Shown here: one piece after another, positions 44,861 through 58,622 of the stretch
How the letters are laid out: every line of letters begins with the position of its first letter
Numbering within the stretch: the stretch's first letter is position 1
Assembly: GCA_963842525.1 (NCBI GenBank)
Contig: CAWJGT010000003.1
Location: forward strand, 1,568,001-1,632,000
Source of the DNA: an uncultured Holophagales bacterium
Lineage (GTDB): Bacteria > Acidobacteriota > Thermoanaerobaculia > Multivoradales > UBA5704
Direction of reading: 5' to 3'
Length of the DNA stretch: 64,000 nt
The notes under the pieces: model-generated
Databases searched by the model: none
What the model saw: the letters and a program-made list of their open reading frames with translations, nothing else
What the model was told of the DNA's origin: nothing
Program-made: the position numbers and the translations under genes

Positions 44861-45636
44861 TCAGGAGGGGGCGAGGCAGGCTGGCAGCTCCGCCACCGAA
44901 TCCAGCACCACATCCGCCGCCTCCTGCGCCCGCTCCTCATCCTGCGGCCGGTACTTGCCGGTCCTCACCGCCACCCCCATCATCCCGACCTCCCGGGCTC
45001 CCGCGACATCCGACTCCAGGTCGTCCCCGACCACCGCGATCCGGTCGAAGGGGAGGCCGAGCTCGCCGCGGCGGCCTCGAAGAAAGCGCTGCTCGGCTTG
45101 CCGACCAGGGTGGCCGTCTTGCCGCTGCCATACTCCAGGGCGGCGACGAACGGACCGGCGTCCAGGTTCAAACCTCCTTCGGTCTTCCAGTAGCGGTTGC
45201 GCTGGATCGCCAACAGCTCGGCGCCATCCATCAGATTCCGGAAGGCCTGGTTGAGGAGCGGAAACGTCCACTCCTCGCCGAGGTCCCCGACCACGACGAC
45301 CTCAGGACCGTGATTCACGACCTCGAGGCCCTCGAATTCCCCCCACGTCGCCTGAGCCAGGAGGAGCTGGACCTTGCGGACACCCCGGTCACGAAGCCAG
45401 CGGGCAGCCGCGGCGGGAGCGGACAGGATCTCGCCCGGCTCGGCCGCGATGCCCATGTCGCGCAACCGCTCGGCGAGACCGGTCCGGGGACGCCGCGTGG
45501 TGTTGGTGGTGAAGCGGAAGGGGATGCCCCGCCGCCGTAGCTCCGCGAGAGCCGTGGCGGCTCCGGGAATGGCGCGGTCTTCCTGATAGACCGTGCCGTC
45601 GAGGTCGAGGAGAAGGCCCGCGATCACTTGACGCAA
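44861..45636 (-). CDS. HAD-IIA hydrolase (LHPP/HDHD2-like)
   Basis: LLDLDGTVY, FTTNTT, VGKPS, then VVGDDLESDV after a frameshift near 45065. Confidence 0.88.
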
Positions 45637-45669
45637 ATCGTCACTTCAATGCCACGGAGGCTCCGGTGA

Positions 45670-45990
45670 TCACTTGGGAGGGAACAGATCCGCGACGGCA
45701 ATCGAAGCGTCGGGACAGAACAGCGGCGACACCGAATCCCCCGCTTTCAGAACCTTCTTGGAGGTATAGGCTCCCCCGACAGGCTTCCTGTAGACCTCGA
45801 GCTGGATTTTCACGAGGTTGGCGATCCAGCACTCCGGAATGCCAGCATGGGCATAGAGGTGCCTTTTGCGTTGGCGGTCGTGGTAGAGAGAGCTGTCCGC
45901 AACCTCTACGATCAGCAGGGCAGAGGAAGGATGATGGTCGAGATAGTCCCAGCCGCTTCCGGCCACGACGGCCACGTCCGGCTCGGGCTC
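45670..45990 (-). pseudogene. Uma2 endonuclease 3' fragment
   Basis: 45689-45990 matches 48245-48546 with one mismatch; the N-terminal half is missing. Confidence 0.88.
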
Positions 45991-46129
45991 TGCCGAGATC
46001 GAGAATCGGATCAACTGCCGGGCTCAACAAGATCAAAATCTGGTCGCCTTCCTTACGGATCTCTTCCTTGTGCCCTTCGAGCAGATCGAGAGGGATCACC
46101 AGACTGTCGTCGGTTACTTTGGCTCTCAT
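45991..46129 (-). pseudogene. Truncated AbrB-like antitoxin-type small gene
   Basis: MRAKVTDDSLVIPLDLLEG..EIRKEGDQILI..DPILDLG, ATGA-coupled to the Uma2 stop and cut exactly where the Uma2 fragment begins. Confidence 0.55.
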
Positions 46130-46731
46130 AGTTGGACTTGGCGAGGGAGCAGATCCTCGACCGCAATCGAGGCGTCGGGCCGGGCAAACGGTGAGATCCG
46201 CTGGCCGCGGCGGAAGACGAGCTTCGTGCGGTATTCGCCGCCCTTGGGATCCCGGAGAACCTCGACGGCATCGCGGCGCAGGTTGAGGATCCAGTACTCC
46301 GGGATGCCCGCCAGCGCATAGATCCTTGGTTTGCGCTTCCGATCGTGGTGTTGGGAGGTGTCCGTGACTTCTACCACCAGAAGTGCTGCGGAGGGGTGAT
46401 GGTCCACGTAATCGTCCGGCTCTCCTGGAACCACGGCGAGGTCCGGCTCTGGCATGGAATCGTCCCCGGAGATCAGCGGTGACTGCGAGTGGATGTCGTA
46501 TCCGGATCCGAAGGCTGCTTCGAGCGCACGGCGGGCCTTGCGGACACCTACCGCGTGCCGGCTCTTCTGCGGGCTCATGTCGTAGATGACCCCGTCCACC
46601 AGCTCGAGCCGCTTTTCCGGGGCGAACACCCCCGCCTCGGCCATCTGCTCATACTCCTCCCGCGTCCAGCGATGGACCTCGACCTCCTCCTCGTCCGTCC
46701 AGTCCTGAACCTTGACCTCAGGAAGCGCCAT
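46126..46731 (-). CDS. Uma2-family (PD-(D/E)XK) endonuclease-like protein
   Basis: ELVDGVI..MSP, PEPDLAVV, LVVEV, YALAGIPEYWILNL. Confidence 0.92.
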   Translation of the reverse strand: MALPEVKVQDWTDEEEVEVHRWTREEYEQMAEAGVFAPEKRLELVDGVIYDMSPQKSRHAVGVRKARRALEAAFGSGYDIHSQSPLISGDDSMPEPDLAVVPGEPDDYVDHHPSAALLVVEVTDTSQHHDRKRKPRIYALAGIPEYWILNLRRDAVEVLRDPKGGEYRTKLVFRRGQRISPFARPDASIAVEDLLPRQVQL

Positions 46732-47051
46732 GGCGATACTCCTCGTTGCGGAAGGCTATCACAGTTCTCTCCGCACAAGACTAGCAAATCCACTGCGCAG
46801 GGCCACGTGGATGCCAGCCCCAGTGCCTGCAAGCCTAGCACTGTGCGCCGTTCGAGGAGGCTCCTCGGTCCCAGGCCAAGGGCCTGAGCGCCAAGCCTGG
46901 GGATGCTCTCTCCAATCGCAACGGCGTCGGAGCGGCGTGACGATCCGGAATGACCTTACGACCCAACGGCCCTGCAGCAGTGGAGGCATTCTGGAAGAAT
47001 GCTATCGGCGTCGAACGGGCCAGCAGCACAGAATGGTGATGCCCCTTAGCC

Positions 47052-47840
47052 TTAGCGGCGGCTCCAGCCGTCGGGTGCCAAGTTCGACCGCCTTGACACT
47101 GGATAGAAAGTTTCCACTTGGTGTACTTCGAGCGAATCCCTCAGCGCCTCCTCCCTATCGTTTCCTTCAGCACGGCTCAACATACTGACCACAACCCAAA
47201 AGGGGTGTCTGTGATCTTCCAGATCGATCCTGCGGCCTTGGAGTCTCTGGCGAATCTCACTTACCACCTGAGGATCAGTAAACGCCACGGACGCAGCTTC
47301 CGTGCCAAGCGACGACCGTCCGGCAATGACTGCCATTATTTTACTTTCGTCAAATGGATTAGGTCCCCTAACAATGAGTCCGAAGTCTCTGGAATATCGA
47401 TCCCCCTTGGAGGCCACATCCCAACCCGGAGGCCGAAGCTCAGACCCATCGCTGAAAATCGACACCTTGACGTTTCTGAGATCCTTGCTGGACGGATCCG
47501 CCCGAAATTCGAGACTTGGTACCCACCGCTGTTGGTACTCTTCCAGCAGTGTTCTCGTCCAGCGATTAGCCTTTGGACTCGCTATACAGTATAGGTTCAT
47601 GCTTTCTCTGAGAACATCATCCTGGCAATCCTCTGGGTCTATATTATCTGGTAACGTGTCGAATCCAAAGAGAAGTCCGAATGCCTGCAGAATACCTCGA
47701 ACACCTACGTAATCAGAGGAGGTGCGCCGGAGTCGCTTGTATCCGCCAGAACGCCCCACGGCACGGCGGAAAGACAAGGGGCTAGCCGCAATCACGAAGA
47801 CCGACTCCCTCGTGGGGCGCCCAAGACTGCTCGGAGTCAA
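47052..47840 (-). CDS. AT-richer hypothetical protein, possibly 5'-truncated
   Basis: 262-aa ORF with atypical codon usage; motifs NLYCIASPKAN and DFGLIVRGPNPF...IAG..SLGTEAA. Start is unclear. Confidence 0.6.
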   Translation of the reverse strand: MTPSSLGRPTRESVFVIAASPLSFRRAVGRSGGYKRLRRTSSDYVGVRGILQAFGLLFGFDTLPDNIDPEDCQDDVLRESMNLYCIASPKANRWTRTLLEEYQQRWVPSLEFRADPSSKDLRNVKVSIFSDGSELRPPGWDVASKGDRYSRDFGLIVRGPNPFDESKIMAVIAGRSSLGTEAASVAFTDPQVVSEIRQRLQGRRIDLEDHRHPFWVVVSMLSRAEGNDREEALRDSLEVHQVETFYPVSRRSNLAPDGWSRR

Positions 47841-48225
47841 AGGCGGCCGAGTGGGCCGTGTAAGCCCCCTCTTGGCGGCTTATCTGTCTGAGGCCGGCCG
47901 GACGTAGAAGCCGTTCCGCAAGGGAGGTGTCCGACTGCTTCTCCGCGGCTCTGGAGCGCCGCATAAGCTTCGTAGAACACGGGGGCTCGAAAGTCTTTCT
48001 GCCGGAGGCGCCGGGAATCACCTCCTGTCCTCCTCTCCCTGCCCTCCCGACCGTGAGAGGGGGACGCAGGCGCAACCTCTCAGGCCAGAGGTTTTCCTTG
48101 GGCGTAGTGGGGCCCCCCCTGGGACCGCGGGCGTCCCGCCCGCACGGACTTTCATCGACCGCAGGGAGAAACGGTTCGTCCAGGGACTTTCGAGACTCCC
48201 AGACGGTAAAAATTCCCCCAACCGA

Positions 48226-48822
48226 TCATTTGCGAGGGAGCAGGTCCGCGACGGCAATCGAAGCGTCGGGACAGAACAGCGGCGACACCGAATCTCCCGC
48301 TTTCAGAACCTTCTTGGAGGTATAGGCTCCCCCGACAGGCTTCCTGTAGACCTCGAGCTGGATTTTCACGAGGTTGGCGATCCAGCACTCCGGAATGCCA
48401 GCATGGGCATAGAGGTGCCTTTTGCGTTGGCGGTCGTGGTAGAGAGAGCTGTCCGCAACCTCTACGATCAGCAGGGCAGAGGAAGGATGATGGTCGAGAT
48501 AGTCCCAGCCGCTTCCGGCCACGACGGCCACGTCCGGCTCGGGCTCGCTATCCTCGGACAAGACGAGAGGAACCTGGACGCGTAGGAAGGAACGCGCCGG
48601 CAGGATGGCCCGGAGGGCCTCCGAATGGGCCCAGACGACGGTGGCGTGCCGGCTCTTCTGCGGGCTCATGTCGAAGATGACCCCGTCCACCAGCTCGACC
48701 CGCTTTTCCGGGGCGAACACCCCCGCCTCCGCCATCTGCTCATATTCCTCCCGCGTCCAGCGATGGACCTCGACCTCCTCCTCGTCTGTCCAGTCCTGAA
48801 CCTTGACCTCAGGAAGCGCCAT
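48226..48822 (-). CDS. Uma2-family endonuclease-like protein
   Basis: ELVDGVI..MSP, EPEPDVAVV, LIVEV, YAHAGIPECWIANL; GAGGAG ribosome-binding site. Confidence 0.92.
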   Translation of the reverse strand: MALPEVKVQDWTDEEEVEVHRWTREEYEQMAEAGVFAPEKRVELVDGVIFDMSPQKSRHATVVWAHSEALRAILPARSFLRVQVPLVLSEDSEPEPDVAVVAGSGWDYLDHHPSSALLIVEVADSSLYHDRQRKRHLYAHAGIPECWIANLVKIQLEVYRKPVGGAYTSKKVLKAGDSVSPLFCPDASIAVADLLPRK

Positions 48823-48873
48823 GGCGATACTCCTCGTTGCGGAAGGCTACCGCACAGTTCTCTTCGCAGGACA

Positions 48874-50248
48874 CTACCATCCCCACTGCGGATCCCACGC
48901 GGGGGCCAGCCCCAACACCTGCAAGCCTAGCACCGCGCCGCCTGCGACGAGGCTCAGCAGGAACCGCCAGGCGGTCCAATCGCGGGGCCGATCGGATCGG
49001 ATCGCGCAGCTCGATCGCGACGTTGACCAGCGAGAGGATCATGACGACTCCGCCGACCGCGAGGAGGCCGGTGATGGGGACGTGGCGGAGGAGGAGCCAG
49101 GGGACGAGGGCGGTCAGGGCCGTGCCGAGGATGCCCACTCCGAAGGCGGCAAAGGCGCGGGGGAGGGCGGGCAGCCGCTCCAGCCGGAAGACTCCGGTGT
49201 CCAGCGCGAAGGCGAAGACCGCGGCGCTGGCGGCGAGGTAGGGGCCGTAGAAGTCGGCCGGACGGTGCAACCCGTTGGCCAGCGCGAGCATGGCAAAGGG
49301 TGGCAGCAGCGCGCGGCTCACCGTCCGCACCTTGACTCCCGCGGCATGGCGGGGCGGAGCGAAGCGGCGCCAGGCGGCGAGGTACCCCGCGAAGCCGAGG
49401 AATGCCGGCAGCGCCCAGAGCCAGCTCCCCAGCGACCAGGCGCCGTAGGCGAAGAGGATGAAGGTGATCGTGCCGCCCACGTTGAGAGTCGGGATACGCC
49501 AGGCCACGAGGGTCACGGCGAGGCAGATCGCCAGGAGGGAGAGGTTCTGGAAGACCACCTCGGAGAGCGGCTTCGAGGTGATCTTGCCGAGGATCACCAC
49601 CACGGCCAGCGGCACGAACAGGTTGTCCGCCCCTTCGAGCGAGATCGCTTCGAACCCGGTCACCAGCGCCGCCACGAGCGTCGCCGCCAGGACACAGACC
49701 GGGCGCGGCAGGTCGGTCAGCAGCAGCACCGGCAGGTGGATCGCCAGGAAGGCCAGGACGAAGAAGACCAGCGATCCCTCCAGGCTTTTGGTCTCGTTCT
49801 CCACTTCATACCGGATCACTCCGTAGCGGCTGCCGATGAGCGCCGCAAAGGCATCGGCGACCGCCAGGACCAGGACCGCGGCAAGGTACAGCCACGGCCT
49901 TCCCAGGGTGAGGACGAAGACCAGGAAGACCGCCAGCGGGTAGTACTCGGCCCCTCGGCTCCGTCTCTGCACCCCGTGCAGGCTCTTCAGGAACCCGAGC
50001 TTCGCGCCGGCCACGAAAATGCCTGTGAGGGGCAGGGCCAGCGCCGCCACCACCCAGGGGGAGCGGACGAGGAACGGGAAGAACAGGCAGGCGATCCCGC
50101 CTCCGAGATGGACCAGCTTCCGAGTGTGCTCCGGCTTCGGATCACCGAAACGCCGCCACAGCTCGGCGATCACCAGGAGGGAGAGGAAGGCCGTCCCAAG
50201 GATTGCCGCCCCGCGAAGGTCTCCCGGGTAGATCCAGCCGCCGCTCAC
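48874..50248 (-). CDS. Phytol/dolichol kinase-like (CTP-transferase family) polytopic membrane protein
   Basis: EHTRKLVH, LAVADAFAALIG, KSLEGSL, GADNLFVP. After a frameshift near 48985 the frame continues WRFLLSLVAGGAVLGLQVLGLAPAWDPQWGW to a stop at 48874. Confidence 0.8.
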
Positions 50249-51342
50249 GCGGTGACCTCTTCGAGCATGAAGGCGCTATAGAAGAAGGCCAGGTCCCGGG
50301 CGAAGAGCTCGGCGGCCTCGGCGTCCAGCGAGCGGACCCGGTCCGGGTGCGCCACCGCCAGCCGGCGCGGCACGAGCATGTTCCAATAGGCGAACCGGGC
50401 GCCCGGGCGCGCCGTCTCCAGCAGCCGTCCATAGATTGCGGCGCTCGTCGCCGGGTCGATGTACTCGAAGAGGTCCGACAGGTTGAAGCCGTCGAAGCCC
50501 TCGCCGCGATGGGCTAGAGCCGCCTCTTCGATCGAGCCCTCGAAGAGCACGAGCCGGTCGAGGTTCTTCTTGACGTCGGCGAAGACCTCGGCCTGGAGAT
50601 AGCGGGGGAGGGAGCGTCCGAAGTTGCCGGTGAGGATGTATTCGATGTACGGGTTGGCGTGGATCGGGAGGACGGTCAGCGCATAGCGCGCCCGCCCCAG
50701 GATGCGCTCGGCCACCGATCCCTCGACATAGCGGAAGAGCTCCGGGTCGCGGCCCAGCCGGCCCATGGCGAAGCGGCTGAAGAAGATTCGGAAGAGAAGC
50801 CGCCAGCGCAGGTTGTTCCAGGTCTCCTCGTAATAGCGGACCCGCCCCGACTCGTCGCGTTCTTCGAGCAGCCCCAGGACCGTCTTCCGCCGGTGGATCA
50901 GGGGGAGGACCCACTCGCGGAAGAGGCCGAAGTAGGCCTCGAACTTGCCATGATGGACGATGCCGTCCGCCACGTCGTCGAGGCGCTCCCGCCAGAATTC
51001 GCGGGCGCCTTCGGAGAGGTCCCGCTCCAGGGCTTCATAGACCGGCCGCCGGTCCGGGCTCTTGCGCATCCCCAGGAACGCCAGAGCCTCGCCATGGGAG
51101 AGGCGCCGGATCGCCGCGCGCTTGAGCTCGACCAGGGCGATCTGCGCCGGCGAGAGGTCCGCGGCCACGACCTCGGCCCCGTCGGCGAGCAGGGCGAAGC
51201 TGTTGTCCCCGGCCGAGGCGATGGAGAGGAAACGCCGCCCCGGGCCGGGCCGCAGAGCATCGCACAGCACGCCCGCGTCCTCCCACACGTTGGCGTAGCG
51301 GATCAGGTCGAAACGGACGCGGTCCTCGATGCGCTCGGTCAT
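50245..51342 (-). CDS. DUF3419 / BtaA-like SAM-dependent transferase
   Basis: IRYANVWEDA, LSIASAGDN, DLSPAQIALVELK, GKFEAYF, FNLSDLFEY, AYWNMLVPR. Confidence 0.85.
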   Translation of the reverse strand: MTERIEDRVRFDLIRYANVWEDAGVLCDALRPGPGRRFLSIASAGDNSFALLADGAEVVAADLSPAQIALVELKRAAIRRLSHGEALAFLGMRKSPDRRPVYEALERDLSEGAREFWRERLDDVADGIVHHGKFEAYFGLFREWVLPLIHRRKTVLGLLEERDESGRVRYYEETWNNLRWRLLFRIFFSRFAMGRLGRDPELFRYVEGSVAERILGRARYALTVLPIHANPYIEYILTGNFGRSLPRYLQAEVFADVKKNLDRLVLFEGSIEEAALAHRGEGFDGFNLSDLFEYIDPATSAAIYGRLLETARPGARFAYWNMLVPRRLAVAHPDRVRSLDAEAAELFARDLAFFYSAFMLEEVTA

Positions 51343-51374
51343 CGCCGGACGAAGGGCCTCCGCGGCAGGTTTGC

Positions 51375-52220
51375 TTACACCAGCTCCGGGTGCCGGAGGA
51401 GCTTCGAGAGCAGCGTTTGGACGTTGGTGGCCGCGATGCTTGCGGCGTTCAGCACGTCGGTGTGGTCGACCGGCGCATCGCTCATCCCTGCCGCCGGATT
51501 GCTGACCATGGAGAGGCCGAGGCACTCGACGCCCATGGGGCGGGCCGCGGTGACCTCCAGGACGGTGGACATCCCGGTCACGTCGCCGCCTAGGCTCTGG
51601 AGCATCCGCACCTCGGCGGGTGTCTCGTAGCTCGGCCCGGCCAGTCCCATGTACACGCCTTCGGAGAGGGGGATGCCGGATTGGGCCGCGACCCCCTTCA
51701 TCAGCTCGCGCAGGCGGGGACTGTAGGCGGCGGTCATGTCGGGGAAGCGCGGCCCCCACTCGGGCGGGAGCTGGCCGCGCAGCGGGGTGATCCCGATCAG
51801 GTTGATGTGGTCCCGGATCAGCACCAGGTCGCCCGGCCGGTGCTCGGGGCGCAGCCCGCCGGTGGCGTTGGTGAGGATCAGGACCTTGGCGCCCAGCAGG
51901 GCGGCCAGCCGGACCGGAAAGACCGTCTCGTACGCGCTGTACCCCTGGTAGGAGTGGAGCCGCCCGCGGTAGTAGAGGACCGGGCGGCCCGGCACGGGCT
52001 CCAGGACCTCCACCTCGTGCGGGTGCCCCTCGACCGGGTGGCACCCGAAAGGAAGGAAGTAGTCCAGTGCAACGGGTCCGTGGATCCGCTCGCCGAGGTC
52101 CACCGCCAGGCCGGACCCGGAGACGACCACCACCTTGGGACGGGTCCAACCGAGGTGGTCCCAGCGGTCGACGGCCTCCTTGAGGGGGGTGACGAGGTCT
52201 TCGATCTCCAGGGGATTCAT
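51375..52220 (-). CDS. punA: Purine nucleoside phosphorylase I (trimeric type)
   Basis: SGSGL, VEGH, GRLHSYQG, LTNATGG, GPRFPDM, GPSYETPAE, GMST, SNPAAG. Confidence 0.9.
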   Translation of the reverse strand: MNPLEIEDLVTPLKEAVDRWDHLGWTRPKVVVVSGSGLAVDLGERIHGPVALDYFLPFGCHPVEGHPHEVEVLEPVPGRPVLYYRGRLHSYQGYSAYETVFPVRLAALLGAKVLILTNATGGLRPEHRPGDLVLIRDHINLIGITPLRGQLPPEWGPRFPDMTAAYSPRLRELMKGVAAQSGIPLSEGVYMGLAGPSYETPAEVRMLQSLGGDVTGMSTVLEVTAARPMGVECLGLSMVSNPAAGMSDAPVDHTDVLNAASIAATNVQTLLSKLLRHPELV

Positions 52221-52276
52221 GGAGGGGCATCGTATCAGGGACAGGAGGTGAGGTCTTACGCTATCTTTGCGGCGCC

Positions 52277-53770
<1,494 letters not shown>

Positions 53771-53772
53771 GG

Positions 53773-54011
53773 CCTCACCCCCTGTCCCCCTCTCCCATCG
53801 CACTCCCCCCGACCGGGAGAGGGGGGACGTCGTTGTGGCCGTCAGCGCGAGCCCGAGACTGTCACCCTGAGCGCAGCGAAGGATCTGGGGGATGGAAAGC
53901 TCAGGATGACGCGGCCAAGACAGAGTCTCGACCTTGCCTCTGTGGCCTGAGCCACGTCCCCCCTCTCCCGGTGGCAGGGGGGGCGATGGGAGAGGGGGAC
54001 AGGGGGTGAGG
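53773..54011. repeat. Two-arm palindromic element with a second REP-like palindrome nested in its spacer
   Basis: Arms at 53773-53830 and 53954-54011 are nearly identical to the 23.3-kb copy; the spacer holds TGTCACCCTGAGCGCAGCGAAGGATCT...GCTCAGGATGAC (53860-53910). Confidence 0.92.
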
Positions 54012-55202
54012 TCCTTCCCCGTTCTCCTCGCCCTGCGCTACCTGCGCAGCACCCGGCGGGACGCCTTCGCGAGCTTCCTGTCGGCCGTGGCCGCAGGGGG
54101 TTTGGCGATCGGGGTGGCGGCCCTGATTTTGTCGCTGGCGATGATCTCGGGATTCCAGGAGGCTCTGCGCGGAGAGCTGCTCGGCCGCACGCCGCAGATC
54201 GAGATCGATTTGCCGCCCGGGCTCGCCGAGGAGGAGGCGGTCGCCGCCCGTACGGCGGTGGAGAAGGTCCCAGGAGTGACCTCGGCCCAGGTCCAGGTGC
54301 ACGGCGGCGGCTGGGTGGTGGAGGAGGGCAAGGTCCAGGCGGTCGACCTGGTCGGTTTCGAGGGAACCGTGCCGCAGTCGTTCCCCGGCGCCGCAGGCCG
54401 GCCCGAAGGGCTGTATGTCACGGAATCGCTCGCCACCCGCTGGGGGCTCGCTCCCGGGCAGCCTCTGACGATCGTCTCGCCGCGGCCGACCTTGACGCCG
54501 TTCGGGCCGCAGCCGCGCATCCGGAGCATTCCGGTCGCCGGGACCTACGAAAGCGGGAAGACCCAGGAGGAGCGTGACCGGGTCGCCCTGCCGCGGAAGG
54601 TCGCCGAGACGCTCCTCGGCGGCAACGAGCGCCGGCTGGAGGTGGTGACCCCGGATCTCGACGAGGCCATCGAGGTGGCCGGGCACCTGCCGGGGGTCCT
54701 GCCGCCGGGAAGCACGGTGCGGACCTGGAAGGATCTGAACCGGCCGCTCCTCTTCGCCCTCCGCCTGGAGAAGGCGCTCATGTTCGTGGCCGTTGGATTG
54801 ATCGTCCTGGTGGCCTCGCTCGCCCTGGTGGCCGATCTGGCGCTGATCATCTCCAGCAAGACGCCGGAGATCGGCATCCTGAGCACGATGGGTGCAGCCC
54901 CGGCGGCGCTGCGCCGCGCCTTCCTGCTGCTGGGCGGTCTGGTGGCCGGCTCCGGCATGTTGGTGGGAACCATCCTTGGCGTGGGAGGCGCCTGGATCCT
55001 CGACCGTAAACAGGTGCTGCAGGTGCCGGGAAAAGTCTACTTCCTCGACTATGTCCCATTCCTGGTCAAGCCGGGGGACCTGGCCCTGGTCCTGCTGCTG
55101 ACCCTCTGCCTGGCGCTCGCCTCGTCCCTCTACGCGGCCCGGCGGGCCTCGTCCCTCGACCCTGTGGAGGCCATGCGGCGGGGTTGGGGAGGGGGCTCAT
55201 GA
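54006..55202 (+). CDS. lolC: Lipoprotein-releasing ABC permease, LolC/E family
   Basis: ALRYLRS, GVAALILSLAMISGF, EIGILSTMGA, LDPVEAMR; sits between lysS and lolD. Confidence 0.85.
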   Translation: MRSFPVLLALRYLRSTRRDAFASFLSAVAAGGLAIGVAALILSLAMISGFQEALRGELLGRTPQIEIDLPPGLAEEEAVAARTAVEKVPGVTSAQVQVHGGGWVVEEGKVQAVDLVGFEGTVPQSFPGAAGRPEGLYVTESLATRWGLAPGQPLTIVSPRPTLTPFGPQPRIRSIPVAGTYESGKTQEERDRVALPRKVAETLLGGNERRLEVVTPDLDEAIEVAGHLPGVLPPGSTVRTWKDLNRPLLFALRLEKALMFVAVGLIVLVASLALVADLALIISSKTPEIGILSTMGAAPAALRRAFLLLGGLVAGSGMLVGTILGVGGAWILDRKQVLQVPGKVYFLDYVPFLVKPGDLALVLLLTLCLALASSLYAARRASSLDPVEAMRRGWGGGS

Positions 55203-55891
55203 GCGTCGCCGTCCGCGCCGTCGGCCTGACCAAGACCTACCGGGACGGCCTCCGGCGGGTCGAGGTGCTCAAGGGGATCGACCTGACGGTCGAGCCGGGG
55301 GAGATGGTGGCGATCGTCGGGCCGTCGGGCTCGGGCAAATCGACGGTGCTCCACCTGCTCGGAGCCCTCGACCGGCCGGACGAGGGGACGGTGGAGATCG
55401 GGGACACGCGCCTCTCCGGCCTGTCGGGAGCCGCCCTGGCCGCCTTCCGCAACCGCACCATCGGCTTCGTCTTTCAGTTCCATCAGCTCCTGCCGGATTT
55501 CACTGCTCTGGAGAACGTGATGATGCCCGGGCGGATCGCCGGCCTTCACCCTTCAGCGGTTCACGACCACGCGCACCGGCTCCTGGAGGAGGTGGGGCTG
55601 AAGGAGCGCCTCGACCATTTCCCGAACCAGCTCTCGGGAGGCGAACGCCAGCGCGTCGCCCTCTGCCGCGCCCTCGCCATGGAGCCGCCGCTTCTCCTCG
55701 CCGACGAGCCCACGGGCAACCTCGACCCGGCGAGCGGCGAGCAGGTCTTCCGTCTCCTCCTGGAGCTCCAGGCCCACCACCGCACGACCGGCATCCTCGT
55801 CACCCACAACCCCGCGATCGCCGAGCGCTGCACCCGCATCCTCCGCCTGGAGGACGGAGTGTTGCACGGGTACGAGAAGACGGACACGTAG
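55199..55891 (+). CDS. lolD: Lipoprotein-releasing ABC ATPase
   Basis: GPSGSGKST, GFVFQFHQLLPDFTALENV, LSGGERQR, LADEPTGNLD. Confidence 0.92.
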   Translation: MSVAVRAVGLTKTYRDGLRRVEVLKGIDLTVEPGEMVAIVGPSGSGKSTVLHLLGALDRPDEGTVEIGDTRLSGLSGAALAAFRNRTIGFVFQFHQLLPDFTALENVMMPGRIAGLHPSAVHDHAHRLLEEVGLKERLDHFPNQLSGGERQRVALCRALAMEPPLLLADEPTGNLDPASGEQVFRLLLELQAHHRTTGILVTHNPAIAERCTRILRLEDGVLHGYEKTDT

Positions 55892-56126
55892 GCCGCAGCG
55901 ACCCCGGGAATTTTGCTCCCCTCCGTGCCGCTTCAACCTGGATAGGCAAAGGGTCGTAACGGGCTCGCGGGCGGCGGTGTCCCGGCGCGGCCCAAGGCGG
56001 AGACGCGTATGTTAGAATCCGGAAGCCGGAAAGCTTCTGCGTCAGTAGGTTACAAAGGCCGGATTGTTCCGGTCTGGACGCGTCGGGAGCTCCGCCTGTC
56101 GAGAGGCCGATTGAGAGGTCGATGGA

Positions 56127-58556
<2,430 letters not shown>

Positions 58557-58622
58557 CCGTCCGGAGCGGCAGCTCCTTTTCCCCGGCGGGCCTGCGGGTC
58601 CGCCGGGAGCGAGGACCAATGC

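Noticed and set aside
45689-48546. Diversity-generating retroelement template/variable repeat pair
   Set aside because: Only one mismatch in 302 bp and no reverse transcriptase in the window.
50245-52220. The phosphorylase as a methylthioadenosine recycler for the BtaA-like enzyme
   Set aside because: YET..E and SNPAAG match 6-oxopurine PNP rather than MTAP; the adjacency may be incidental.
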